Positions 20,186 through 30,172 of a stretch of DNA of 64,000 nucleotides are shown here, piece by piece. The translations under genes and the position numbers were made by a program. Origin of the DNA: a virus. Where the stretch lies: IMG/VR virus record IMGVR_UViG_3300047550_003584, positions 1 to 64,000 of that record; one strand, 5' to 3'. Each line of letters starts with the position of its first letter. Within the stretch, counting starts at the first letter, position 1. Under the pieces are notes generated by a model. The model was not told where the DNA came from and ran no database searches. It saw only the letters and a program-made list of their open reading frames with translations.

Positions 20186-21700
20186 TCAACCTGGGCATCC
20201 ACAATTGAGAACTCTTCTCAATAACGTGGTGTAAGTCCCTGGCTTACTGTCCATCTCACTCAACTCACACCATGAGAGACCCTAATTTCATTGACGAGCA
20301 ACGTAACGCTGATTTGCTTGATGCCATGGCTGATCTTGCGTACCAGCAGGAGCAAGCCATGCGTGAAGAATACGAACTCAACCCACCAGAACAGGAGACT
20401 TACGATGACCAAGCCTAAGTACACACTACGGCAAGCATGGGATGACGGTGACATCATCGTCATCCTGATCGCAATCATCTCAATTATCATCACGGAGTTT
20501 GCATCATGTCTTACATCTCAGAACTCAAGAAGTTCTACCCCAAGTCCTACAAAGTGCGTTACGCAGTCAACGCCTATAAGGTCCACAAGTACTTCGAACA
20601 CGAAGATCCAACGGTCATTGTTATCCACGAAGTCAGGCTCTGCTACGGCGGACCAGAGGAAGGTGGATGGTGGTACCACGCAGGAGACCCTGTCCTCAGC
20701 CACTGCATCTTTTCCAAGAAGCAGGCGATCCAAACCTTCATCCAGTACTTCGAAGAGTACGAGATCGAAGGGCAGCCGTCTCTTGGAGATACAACAACTC
20801 GATCCAACATCGAGCTTAGCTTCTCCAACGAGCTAGCTAAGGCGTATCCTGAGTCCCGTCCACACTATTGCTAAGCCATGCCAGCAACAACACTACCTGC
20901 ACTCAGCATCAATCAACGCAACCTCTACGCATACTTCCTGAATCACAGGAAGAAGTATGGGAATACACCATGTTTTGTACCTAAGCTTCCAGCGCAAAGC
21001 TCAAGGCTTGAGCAATATCTCCAGGCCTTGGTGCGACTGGAAGAATACGGATTGATACGTGTAGACAGAAGCAGTGATAACTACACAGCATGGATCATGC
21101 TTGCGCCTAAGAGCGCATGACGTAGGTATTTATACTTAATATTGTTTGCTATTGGAAAATAGCCAATACATGCCAATACTTCAGTCATAGCCTCACTCCT
21201 GGGCAGCACCGATGTAAGTACGGTGTATAAGTCCCAGGATTTACCTCAACCCAACTTCACATCAACTATGGAACAAGCTAAGAAGTATCCAGCAATTGAC
21301 TGGACCAAAAATGAGTACCATCAACTGCAGCTGGTAGTTGATGCACTCAAAGCCATTTGTGCTCGCGAAGATAAACGTCATCAAATGGACGAGCATCTCG
21401 ATCCACACATGCGTAACGTTATCGATGAAGTGATCGGTATGTTAAGCGATGAGCTTGACTACGATCCAACGCCTAACGAACCTGGTGAACCACCCATGAC
21501 AATGAATGAAATGCACAGCGCTGCATGGAAAGAACATCAGGAGATGCATCGGTAACAGCCGACCAGGGGGACTAGTACATAAGTACTTCCCCCCTCAAAC
21601 TCCCCCGTTGGAGCACCAGGGAATCCTTGGATTTATATAGGAAATACTTATGTCCCAATCCTTGACTTCTCTGGTATTTATATCTAATTAACCTTTGATC

Positions 21701-22204
21701 ATGACACACCTTCCATTGCCTTCACTTGATTGGCTTAAGCAATATCTTGCTGTTGATCCAAGTCAGCCTAGTGGTTTGATCTGGATCAAGAACTATGCCA
21801 ACAGGAAGGCGCAAACAATGGCAGGTTCCGTGAATACAAACGGATATTATCAAGTCAGAATCAAAGGTAAACTTTACCTAACTCATAGAATCATTTATTT
21901 TTTACTAAACGAGAGAGACCCAGCTGACCAGGTTGTTGATCATGTTTACTCCAAAGCTAATCATGTAGATGTTCGTTGCGCAAACTATGTTCAGAATTCT
22001 TTCAACTCTAAACATCAAGCGACTGTTACATCGAGTGATTACAAAGGAGTTACATGGGATCGCAACAAATGGAAGGCTCGTATTTCCTATGGAGGAATAA
22101 CTTATGACTTAGGAAGATTCGATGATGAAATCAAAGCTGCTCAAGCATATGACCTCAAAGCTGTCGAGCTTGATCCAGAGTTTGCATTTCTTAACTTTCC
22201 ATGA
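21701..22204 (+). CDS. HNH-AP2 homing endonuclease-like protein
   Basis: PSGLIW..AG..GYY..HRIIY..VDH, then AP2 segment SDYKGV.W...WKARI..LGRF.DE..AAQAYD. Confidence 0.8.
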   Translation: MTHLPLPSLDWLKQYLAVDPSQPSGLIWIKNYANRKAQTMAGSVNTNGYYQVRIKGKLYLTHRIIYFLLNERDPADQVVDHVYSKANHVDVRCANYVQNSFNSKHQATVTSSDYKGVTWDRNKWKARISYGGITYDLGRFDDEIKAAQAYDLKAVELDPEFAFLNFP

Positions 22205-22462
22205 GGGGCTTGCGCTCCCTGGTAGACTTACCTCGTTACTCAACTCATCTCAACTCATGACTGACAACACTCCTTGCATACCAGACTCCATGGATATGCA
22301 AAGACTTCAAGCTATGCAACTTGTTGCCAAGATGAAGGAATCTGCAGAGAGACATGGCATTGGATTCATTGGTGGATTCATCTCACCTAACGGTGAGAAG
22401 TTTGTAATGACCAACATGACAAACGATGATGACATCAATGCACTAATGCCGGAGGATCTCAA

Positions 22463-22702
22463 ATGACTCAACAACACCCTGTTGTTCCAACCAAATATCT
22501 ATTTGATGCTTGGCGTCAACAATACATAGAACATGAGAAAGACTTTAGTGAACTTCTTACTGAAGCTGCACAGTGGGGTGCAGATATTGAATTAGAAGAA
22601 TGCTGTGCATTATTCAAATCTAATTCGGTATGTGGCACCAAGTTCCAACGTGACTCTTCTGTGCGGGATCTACGCAATAAACGTAGACCGAAACCGAAGT
22701 AA
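22463..22702 (+). CDS. TQxHP/AAQWGAD family paralog
   Basis: MTQQHPVVP..AAQWGADIELEECC..RRPKPK. Confidence 0.65.
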   Translation: MTQQHPVVPTKYLFDAWRQQYIEHEKDFSELLTEAAQWGADIELEECCALFKSNSVCGTKFQRDSSVRDLRNKRRPKPK

Positions 22703-22769
22703 ACAACATTGACAGTATCAATTACTGGTACTGAAGATGAACTTGAACAACTCATTCGTAAACTCAAAG

Positions 22770-22967
22770 ATGACCGACAAATCTCCGTTAAATTTTGACA
22801 AGACTATTGCTGGATTCAACGTCACTGAAAAGGGCGTTCAATCGTACAGCAAATCGTTTCAACTTGGTCCGTTTCAACTCACACTCAATGCTCGTGAGTC
22901 TGGTGTCCGTGGATCAATCAGTATCCCTGGCACAGGATTAAGCAAACGAAACATTAAATTATTCTAA
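22770..22967 (+). CDS. DUF4236-like protein
   Basis: KSFQLGPFQLTL..SGVRGSISIPGTGLS. Confidence 0.55.
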   Translation: MTDKSPLNFDKTIAGFNVTEKGVQSYSKSFQLGPFQLTLNARESGVRGSISIPGTGLSKRNIKLF

Positions 22968-23648
22968 AGATCCTGGGCATCCTTACGGTGTAAGTCCCAG
23001 ATCCCGTCCACTTACTCAACTCAACTCATGTCTGCTTACGTCGAGAACCTTACCCTGTTTGATCGCATCAATCTTGCTGCCTGCGCACAACGCAGGGCAT
23101 CAGCAAATGTGTTGGATTCAACACGATTTAAAGGCGAGTTTGACACGGCACGTCTGTGGACTAAGTATCGCCTTGTCAAGACCACTACCTATTCCTACAT
23201 CGAGGACAACTAATGACAGTACTTGCTATTGAACACACATCATTTACTGAGACTCATGTCACAGTTACAGCAGTTGTTGACGAAATGCGCCTGCTCTATC
23301 GGGCAACTTACCTTGACCCTGAAGAGTGGGCTCCTGCATTGTGTCAAGCAACTATTGAACTGGATCCAGAGGAACCGATTCCTCTTGACGAAGATGGCTT
23401 CTGCAGTTATCTTGATCAGCTCGATCCTCAATGGGAATTACTAGACAAGGATGACATCGAATGATTGGATTCTCAATTGAATTCAAACGTTGGTACTTTG
23501 TACTACGTGGTCCTAAAGGTCGCGTCTATCTAGCTACTGGCTTTGCTAAGCACATGCCAGTATTTGTTAATAACCGTAGCATTCATCTTCATGATCTTAC
23601 TGATGATGATATGAGTTACGGCACTTATCGTTGCGACCTTTAGTTAAT

Positions 23649-23677
23649 CGTCCTGGACATGACGTTAAACTGTCCAG
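23649..23677 (+). promoter_or_regulatory. H-type pseudoknot element
   Basis: CGTC-C-TGGACA-T-GACG-TTAAAC-TGTCCA. Confidence 0.75.
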
Positions 23678-23696
23678 TTCAATTACATTTTGCCCA

Positions 23697-23996
23697 ATGG
23701 AAATCAATTCTCCAACACCTCCTTTAGATCTTGTCAATGATTGGATGACGCATTGGTATGACGACAACCAAACAGATGAACTGCAATATGTGTACGTTAC
23801 AAACAAAGCTGCAATGTGGGGTGCCATCTGGGGTGCTACCAATGCTTTGGAAACAGCTATCAAAGACACGGCACCTGTTCATTGGCGTGTAGCAGGTGGC
23901 GCAGAAGATGGCCAACAGGTAGTGCGTGTTATTGATCTAATGGAATGGCTTGAACAATTCCGCAAAGAATACGAAGAAAAGATGTCTTGTAATTAA
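23697..23996 (+). CDS. Divergent TPP/AAxWGA family paralog
   Basis: SPTPPLDLVNDW..KAAMWGA. Confidence 0.5.
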   Translation: MEINSPTPPLDLVNDWMTHWYDDNQTDELQYVYVTNKAAMWGAIWGATNALETAIKDTAPVHWRVAGGAEDGQQVVRVIDLMEWLEQFRKEYEEKMSCN

Positions 23997-24001
23997 TCAA
24001 C

Positions 24002-24029
24002 CGTCCTGGACATGACGTTAAACTGTCCA
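24002..24029 (+). promoter_or_regulatory. H-type pseudoknot element (identical to the 23649 copy)
   Basis: CGTCCTGGACATGACGTTAAACTGTCCA. Confidence 0.75.
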
Positions 24030-24056
24030 TTCCACCACACACCACCACACCATGCA

Positions 24057-24599
24057 ATGAAACCTAGGCCACTTCCACCTGTTGACTACTTGCAACAAAT
24101 GTTTTATCTAGATACAACATCTCCTAGTGGTTTACGTTGGCTTAAAGCGCCAAGTGCCTGGACCAAAGCTAACTCTGTTGCAGGTGTTCAACGTACTAAA
24201 GATCATTACTGGCGTGTTCGCTGGAAGTATCAAGGTAAAGCGGTGGATTACATGGCTCATCGGATTGTGTATGCACTACAACATGGCTCTGATCCAGGGG
24301 ATATGTTCGTAGATCATATACACAATGACAAAGACAACAACAAACCATTGCGATTGGCTACTAAATTACAAAACTCACATAATCGTAACGGTCGCAAAAA
24401 CACAAGCAGCATTTACAAAGGTGTCTGTTTAATTAAAGCGACTGGTCGATGGCGTGCATCCATTCGTGTTGATAAACAATTCAAACACATTGGTGTGTAC
24501 GCAACACAAGAAGAAGCAGCCTTGGCTTACAACCAAGCTGCTTTGCTAAACTTTGGTGAGTTTGCTCGCCTTAATCAAATCAATTCAACCGAGAACTAA
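24057..24599 (+). CDS. HNH-AP2 homing endonuclease
   Basis: AHRIVY..VDHIH.DKDNN..LRLAT..QN plus an AP2 domain. Confidence 0.85.
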   Translation: MKPRPLPPVDYLQQMFYLDTTSPSGLRWLKAPSAWTKANSVAGVQRTKDHYWRVRWKYQGKAVDYMAHRIVYALQHGSDPGDMFVDHIHNDKDNNKPLRLATKLQNSHNRNGRKNTSSIYKGVCLIKATGRWRASIRVDKQFKHIGVYATQEEAALAYNQAALLNFGEFARLNQINSTEN

Positions 24600-24601
24600 T
24601 C

Positions 24602-26338
24602 ATGCAATTTGCTCTACCATCTAATCTGCAAACTGAACTGATTGCCTATGATCCAACGCTCAAGGTGTTGGCTAAGCAAGCTAACAAACCTGCAGCCAAG
24701 AAACCTACATATCCACTTGGCAAGATTCCTTGCTTGATACCAACGCATATTGTGCGTGAAGCTGATCAGCAAGATGTAATTGCTCAGATCAATCAGCGTC
24801 CAGCACCACAGCGTTATCAAGTGTTTACTACGCCTGTAGATGTAGCAACACCACAGGCTAGGCTTAAGGTCATTGCCATCCTGTATCACTACGAACAAGT
24901 GTGGTATGCAGCATGGCTACCTTCTAAAAAGGAGAAGGATGATTATGTGTTTGGTCATGCATATGCATTCAAGAACACATCAACTACACATAAAATTGCG
25001 CCAACTTGGATATGGAATAGTAAAGATGATTGCGTTGTCCACGACATTGGTCGTGGCTCACAACTCTTTGTGCATAGCAAAGTTGTAACTAAAGCAGATA
25101 TCTGTGGTCAAAACTATGATAGCTGGCGTAGTTATCCATGGCGAGCAGGTAACCTTTACTGCCAGAAGGGTTATACAATTCGTGACAATGTTGTTACTGA
25201 ATTTGATAACAGCCTAAGGGAAGATCTCCCAACATGGGAGGATTCACGTGGATTGTTTGACAGAATACGCTGCAAGAATATCTTTGATGCAGCAGAAATA
25301 CCGTCAATGATGTCAAAACATCTTGACGAAACTCAAGGCTTGACTGTTGATAACTTCATTGCTGGTTCACTTGCATTCAAAGAAGAGCATGGTTATAGCT
25401 CCATAACATACTCTATTGTCACGAGGATTCAGCACATTGTCGCTAAACCTACTATCAAGAAACTATTGCAAGCAGAGTTGAATCGTAGTATTGATGCATA
25501 CAATGATCCTAATAACAAACATCAGCAACCTATTAAGCAAGGCTTTTTAACTTTTGTACAGATTCTTAACTCAATTGAGTGGATCAATAACATTTGGCCA
25601 GACTGCCCTATTGATTACTATCAGACTTACTTCAAGGAACTCAAGTATCTTCGCTTGACTGAAGTACGTGTACGCAACGGAGCTACACAAGAACCTTGTT
25701 TAATTAATTGGTTACGTGCGCACATGCCTATTGCATCATTGTTTACAATCATGCGCAAGTACTTGGATAGACAACTTACTGAATACAATGGTCGCTGGGT
25801 TGATAGTGATGTTGGTTACCAGCGTCAACGCTTTGGTGAACTAAACGATACATTCTCCATGATGAGTAAGATCTTGGATGCAGGTAAAACACTAGAGCCA
25901 CCAAAGCGTTGGCGACTGACTGAGTTCCATGACTACGTGCAATCTGAGGCATGGAAGATTGAGAATCCAAAGGAATCTTTACGGCAAGATTTATTCCCTG
26001 AACCTATTAAAGTCAAGCGTCTTGATAATGTATGGACATTCTTCCAGCCTATTGATACACATCAACTATCTATGTGGGGTCAAGCCGTACGCAATTGCGT
26101 TGGCTCTGCATCCCACTATGCGGATGACATCAAGAAACGTAAGCACTTCATTGTGCTGTGCATGATTGATAGCAAGCCCACCTTCACAATTCAATTGGTT
26201 GTGGACCAGGGCATGATGTCTGTCAAACAGATTGCTGGTGTTGGTAACCAGCGATTGACTGACGACCAACGTGAAGCTTACACAGAAGCTTTCCGTGAGG
26301 TCTTGCAGCAACGCGAGAAACAGCTAGCATGTAGCTGA
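24602..26338 (+). CDS. PcfJ-like domain protein
   Basis: C-terminal EFHD..QLSMWGQAVRNCVGS..FTIQL..QIAGVGN. Confidence 0.75.
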   Translation: MQFALPSNLQTELIAYDPTLKVLAKQANKPAAKKPTYPLGKIPCLIPTHIVREADQQDVIAQINQRPAPQRYQVFTTPVDVATPQARLKVIAILYHYEQVWYAAWLPSKKEKDDYVFGHAYAFKNTSTTHKIAPTWIWNSKDDCVVHDIGRGSQLFVHSKVVTKADICGQNYDSWRSYPWRAGNLYCQKGYTIRDNVVTEFDNSLREDLPTWEDSRGLFDRIRCKNIFDAAEIPSMMSKHLDETQGLTVDNFIAGSLAFKEEHGYSSITYSIVTRIQHIVAKPTIKKLLQAELNRSIDAYNDPNNKHQQPIKQGFLTFVQILNSIEWINNIWPDCPIDYYQTYFKELKYLRLTEVRVRNGATQEPCLINWLRAHMPIASLFTIMRKYLDRQLTEYNGRWVDSDVGYQRQRFGELNDTFSMMSKILDAGKTLEPPKRWRLTEFHDYVQSEAWKIENPKESLRQDLFPEPIKVKRLDNVWTFFQPIDTHQLSMWGQAVRNCVGSASHYADDIKKRKHFIVLCMIDSKPTFTIQLVVDQGMMSVKQIAGVGNQRLTDDQREAYTEAFREVLQQREKQLACS

Positions 26339-26389
26339 GTCCGCACGGCTTACCAGCCTTAGCCTCGATACTAGGGCTGGTTTCTACCC

Positions 26390-26611
26390 ATGACTGACTA
26401 CACCGACGATCAGCTACTTGCCATGGCTATGGCCAACATTGGTGAGTACATCACGGACAACTCACCACAGTACATCTTGATTGAAGAAGATCCTCGCAAT
26501 GAGGATGATTACGATAGCTGGACTTACGGAATGGAAGTCCTACCTCAAGACCACACTTGGCAGTCAGATTCAATTGACGTAAGTCCAAGTGATGCAGACA
26601 TGGCGGAATAG
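26390..26611 (+). CDS. Small acidic hypothetical protein overlapping tRNA-Leu
   Basis: 73 aa; stop codon TAG lies in the tRNA D-loop. Confidence 0.55.
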   Translation: MTDYTDDQLLAMAMANIGEYITDNSPQYILIEEDPRNEDDYDSWTYGMEVLPQDHTWQSDSIDVSPSDADMAE

Positions 26612-26679
26612 GTAGACGCAACGGACTTAAAATCCGTAGGCCATTGGCCGTGAGAGTTCAAGTCTCTCTGTCTGTACCA
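26594..26679 (+). tRNA. trnL: tRNA-Leu(UAA) with encoded CCA
   Basis: Acceptor GCAGACA/TGTCTGT, D-arm GCGGAATAGGTAGACGC, anticodon arm ACGGA-CTTAAAA-TCCGT, long variable arm GGCC-ATT-GGCC, T-arm GAGAG-TTCAAGT-CTCTC, then ACCA. Confidence 0.95.
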
Positions 26680-26700
26680 ACCCACAATCAATTCAAAACC

Positions 26701-27063
26701 ATGCAAATCTTTGCAGCTTTCAAGCACATCATCCCTGAGTTCCATGCATTCAGTGATGAAGACAAGCGTTACAACATTGGTGCTACTTGGACTGATGGCG
26801 ATGGCTTGCGTGACTTCCACAATCTTGAGATGCGGTATGTCCGTAACTCAGAGCGTCTTGCTCTCCAAGGGGAGCCTCAACCTGATGGGTCATGGAAGTA
26901 CGTAGAGCCCAACGGCAACACGCATGTCATCTCAGCGGACCGTGCACGTCACTTCATGGAGACGACTCAAGCTCATGCCAGCATGATGTGTGACATGCTT
27001 GAACGCCTCAAGAAGGCTGGTCTCTATGACAAGTTCATTGACACTGAAGCCAAGCCCGCCTAA
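26701..27063 (+). CDS. Hypothetical protein
   Basis: ATG right after the tRNA with a TCAATTCAAAACC leader. Confidence 0.6.
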   Translation: MQIFAAFKHIIPEFHAFSDEDKRYNIGATWTDGDGLRDFHNLEMRYVRNSERLALQGEPQPDGSWKYVEPNGNTHVISADRARHFMETTQAHASMMCDMLERLKKAGLYDKFIDTEAKPA

Positions 27064-27066
27064 GCT
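27038..27066 (+). promoter_or_regulatory. Sigma70-type promoter
   Basis: TTGACA-17 nt-TAAGCT inside the 3' end of the upstream gene, followed by GNRA hairpin 27082-27103. Confidence 0.6.
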
Positions 27067-27405
27067 TACAACGGAATGTTCGGCCCCTGCGCAAGCGGGG
27101 GTCTTTCTCTATGACAAACGACACCATTGATCTTGATCTTGTTGACAAAACAATTGAGTTGATACCAGAGAGAGCTTGGTCTCAGGTAAGACAAACGATT
27201 GTTACAGCCTTGGTTGACAACATGCCGGGGTCTGTAGTTGAACGTTTAACTGGTTCTTATGATGACTTTGATCAAGCAGAAAAATTTTTATTTGATTACT
27301 ACGAATTGCCTCAAAAGAAATGTGAGTTAATTATTGATTCATTTAAGATCATGGGCGCATTTAATTGCCTTGAACTACTAAATACATTGAACCTATCTGC
27401 TGAAG

Positions 27406-27810
27406 ATGGTATTTCAGAAACCAATCCTTCCTAATTGTCCTCAATGTAATCAACCTGCACTCAAAATTATTGATTCAAGAAAGACTGGTTTATCCACCAG
27501 GCGTCGCAAAGAATGTGAATGCTGTAGCTACAGGGTTACAACCCATGAAGTAACAGCAGACTTCTTTGAAGAAGCTAAGCGCAATCTCTATCTTGTTGAA
27601 CAGTTTCACAAACTTATGACAAATCAACCACTCACATCCGGGGTGGAACCACCCCCGTCTGGAGTGAGTGCATCTGAATTCAAGGCACTCAACAAATGCA
27701 GTGACTGCCAGCACAACATTGATGGTTGTCACTGTGCCTTTGACTTTCCTGAGTACGACACTGCTGAGTCGTACGACTGCAATCACTTTCAACTTTGGAA
27801 ATCGAAATGA
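27406..27810 (+). CDS. NrdR-like N-terminal zinc-ribbon protein without ATP-cone
   Basis: CPQC..KIIDSR..RRRKEC..C.YRVTTHE matches the NrdR N-terminus; the C-terminus is a different Cys cluster. Confidence 0.7.
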   Translation: MVFQKPILPNCPQCNQPALKIIDSRKTGLSTRRRKECECCSYRVTTHEVTADFFEEAKRNLYLVEQFHKLMTNQPLTSGVEPPPSGVSASEFKALNKCSDCQHNIDGCHCAFDFPEYDTAESYDCNHFQLWKSK

Positions 27811-28154
27811 CACAAGAACATCCCATTACCCCACCGCCTGAGCTGGTGCGACAGTGGCTTGGTGAGTTCTTCGGCTGCACGGTTAGCGGTGAGCTGAGTG
27901 ATTCAGAGCGTTTTCTTGCCACCCGCGCCGCCCAATGGGGCGCGGACAAGGAGCTTTTGGCTTGTGGCAACTACCTCAAACAGTGCGCTGTATGGGAAGA
28001 AGAGGATGTGACCGAGTTCTATAACTATCGCCGCCCCAAGCCACCGAGCTTGAAAGAGCAAGCGCTAAAAGAGATAAAAGAACTTGCGCGTGAAGCTGTT
28101 ACAGGCTGTAATCTTGACATTCTGGAACGCGCTATTAAATCAATTCCTGATTAA
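27807..28154 (+). CDS. TQEHPITPPPELV/AAQWGAD family paralog
   Basis: Shares conserved blocks with 30173..30505. Confidence 0.7.
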   Translation: MTQEHPITPPPELVRQWLGEFFGCTVSGELSDSERFLATRAAQWGADKELLACGNYLKQCAVWEEEDVTEFYNYRRPKPPSLKEQALKEIKELAREAVTGCNLDILERAIKSIPD

Positions 28155-28663
28155 TTCCATGACAACCAAACGCCAGTACGACTACACCATTGGGGATCGC
28201 GTAGCAGAGCGTCCCAAAGCGCATGGCATTTTTGCTGTACGCAATGAAACTAAAGAACGCATCCAGCAGTACAGAAGCCAACGCTATGGCACTGTTGTTG
28301 GTATCAACTTAAAACCAAACAAGTCAGGAGCTAAGCAGAAGTTTTTGCTTGTGAAATGGGATCACCTCAAGTCACCCACTGAACATGCACAGATGAGGAT
28401 CTGTCCTGCTGATCAGCTCCAGCGGTTACAATCTGAAGGCTATGGCTTTGAGGTAGAGTGATAAATCACAGAACTAGCATGATTTTTCAGGCTATTGCGT
28501 GGGGTTTAATCTTTGGAACATTCATTGTACTTTTTATTGCAATGATCTTTGATACGCCAGAGACAACTAAGGAAAAATTCAAAGTTGTTGACAGCTACAA
28601 AGGTTGCGATATTGTTCAGTACACTGATCCATCTCAGCGTTACCAGTACTTCCTGCACTGCTC

Positions 28664-29302
28664 ATGAACGTACAACTTACTTGGGCAACGCCCAATGCAG
28701 AAGAAATGATCGTCAAGATGGCACGAGTTTCTGCACCCAAGAACCAAGACAACATGGATACAGCTTTACGGTTGTTACGGTATCTGATCAAGCATTCCCA
28801 CTGGAGTCCGTTTGAGATGGCGGGGATGTGTGTAGAGATTGAAACCACGCGTGCAATCTCACAACAAATTCTTCGTCATCGGTCATTCTCATTCCAGGAA
28901 TTTAGTCAGCGTTATGCAGACACCAATGAACTGGGCTCAGCTGTTATTCCACATCTACGTAGACAAGATCAAAAGAACAGGCAAAACAGTATTGATGACT
29001 TATCTCCTGATCTTGTTGGTAATTATTATCGACGCATTAGTGAACTGTACGAGAACTCAGAACATCTGTATCGTGAGATGGTAAGCAATGGTATTGCTAA
29101 AGAATGTGCTAGGTTTATTTTGCCACTTTCGACACAGACCCGTTTGTTCATGAACGGTACACTCAGATCGTGGATCCACTATCTTGATCTTCGTTGCTCC
29201 AATGGAACCCAACTCGAACACCAACAAATTGCCAGAGAAATCAAAAGAATCTTCTGCAAAGAATTCCCCATCATTGGAGAAGCAGCCTTTGCAGAAGACT
29301 GA
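28664..29302 (+). CDS. thyX: FAD-dependent thymidylate synthase
   Basis: HWSPFE and the ThyX motif RHRSFSFQEFSQRY; ARFILP; QLEH. Confidence 0.95.
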   Translation: MNVQLTWATPNAEEMIVKMARVSAPKNQDNMDTALRLLRYLIKHSHWSPFEMAGMCVEIETTRAISQQILRHRSFSFQEFSQRYADTNELGSAVIPHLRRQDQKNRQNSIDDLSPDLVGNYYRRISELYENSEHLYREMVSNGIAKECARFILPLSTQTRLFMNGTLRSWIHYLDLRCSNGTQLEHQQIAREIKRIFCKEFPIIGEAAFAED

Positions 29303-29321
29303 TGAACTTAAGCAGTGGCGA

Positions 29322-29438
29322 TCAGAAGGTCGCGGCGCTTTGTTTTTTTAATTCAGTGGTGGCATGCTTGGACTCCACATCCTTGCGTGCCAGCTTTTTC
29401 CGTTTGTCCACCAGGTAGACGATCAGTGCTTTGTTCAT
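29322..29438 (-). CDS. 38-aa basic protein co-transcribed with DUF4278
   Basis: MNKALIVYLVDKRKKLARKDVESKHATTELKKQSAATF; ATGA overlap and GGAGG upstream. Confidence 0.5.
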   Translation of the reverse strand: MNKALIVYLVDKRKKLARKDVESKHATTELKKQSAATF

Positions 29439-29587
29439 TCGATTTGTCCTCCAGTGACGTAAGGAAAGTAGCAGATGTTACGGTAAGTCAGGCAAAGCCA
29501 GGGACGGTGGGCTAAGTTCCACCAAGCTCTGTCTTTTTGAGCCTGCTCCTCTTGGTTGTACTTGCAACCACGATACGTTAACGTCAT
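29435..29587 (-). CDS. DUF4278-family small protein
   Basis: Duplicated motif MTLTYRGCKY...LTYRNICY. Confidence 0.75.
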   Translation of the reverse strand: MTLTYRGCKYNQEEQAQKDRAWWNLAHRPWLCLTYRNICYFPYVTGGQIE

Positions 29588-29594
29588 GGGTTCT

Positions 29595-29618
29595 GTATCT
29601 ATTGATACGGAAAGTATA
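29595..29618 (-). promoter_or_regulatory. -10 element with a downstream NtcA-type box
   Basis: TATACT-TTCC-GTATCAATAGATAC (GTA-N8-TAC, extended palindrome) 7 nt before the ATG. Confidence 0.55.
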
Positions 29619-30172
29619 TGACGATTGATGTATGTGATGTTGTTCACCTTGTAACACAACACCAAACAATCTCATGACACTTCTTGTTAATCGAATGGAT
29701 GATGATTGGAGCGAAGATTATCCAGATGAAATGTTTGAATTTGGATCTCAGTTTATGTACATGAGTGGCTATGACTCTTATCTAGATCTTGATTCGTTAA
29801 TGGTTTTACTTTGGAAAATGAATCAACGTATTAAGGAGTTGGAAAACAAGCAATGAAAGGTTTTGGTTCAACTCAACAACCAACAAAGTCAGCATCGTAT
29901 TGGATAGCTGCCTACACCAAAGACAATGAGGACGAACCGCTTGGCATTCACAAAAAAGTCTTGTCTTACAAACCAGGGCAAGACAAAGAACTCTTGATGA
30001 TTCGTTACTGCAATTCAATCATGAAAATTAACAAAAACATATGGGAGATCCTGGTCCATCAAGGACCAGATGATACCCCAGATTCTGGTGACCAAATTGT
30101 TTTGCGTTTATCCAGGGGGAAATTCAAGGGCTCTGCCCAAGTAAACTAACTAGCCATTACCACTAATCACCC

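Larger units (their letters stand above)
19742..23000 (+). repeat. CAU/URUAAG internal-loop elements (19742-19781, 20190-20242, 21197-21239, 22973-23000)
   Basis: CTGGG-CA(T/G)-[variable hairpin]-T(A/G)TAAGT-CCC(A/T)G, all intergenic. Confidence 0.75.
16176..23996 (+). other. Early region: about 30 small hypothetical ORFs separated by structured intergenic repeats
   Basis: Dense same-strand 40-125 aa ORFs (e.g. 16176-16412, 17786-17995, 18282-18485, 18591-18836, 18913-19194, 20506-20874, 20878-21120, 23028-23213, 23213-23464) with C/A-rich leaders. Confidence 0.8.

Noticed and set aside
16567-24029. CRISPR-like repeat-spacer array
   Set aside because: The repeats are separated by whole genes of variable length and covary structurally; no cas genes.
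26594-26679. Group I intron in tRNA-Leu(UAA), as in many cyanobacteria
   Set aside because: The anticodon loop CTTAAAA is uninterrupted.
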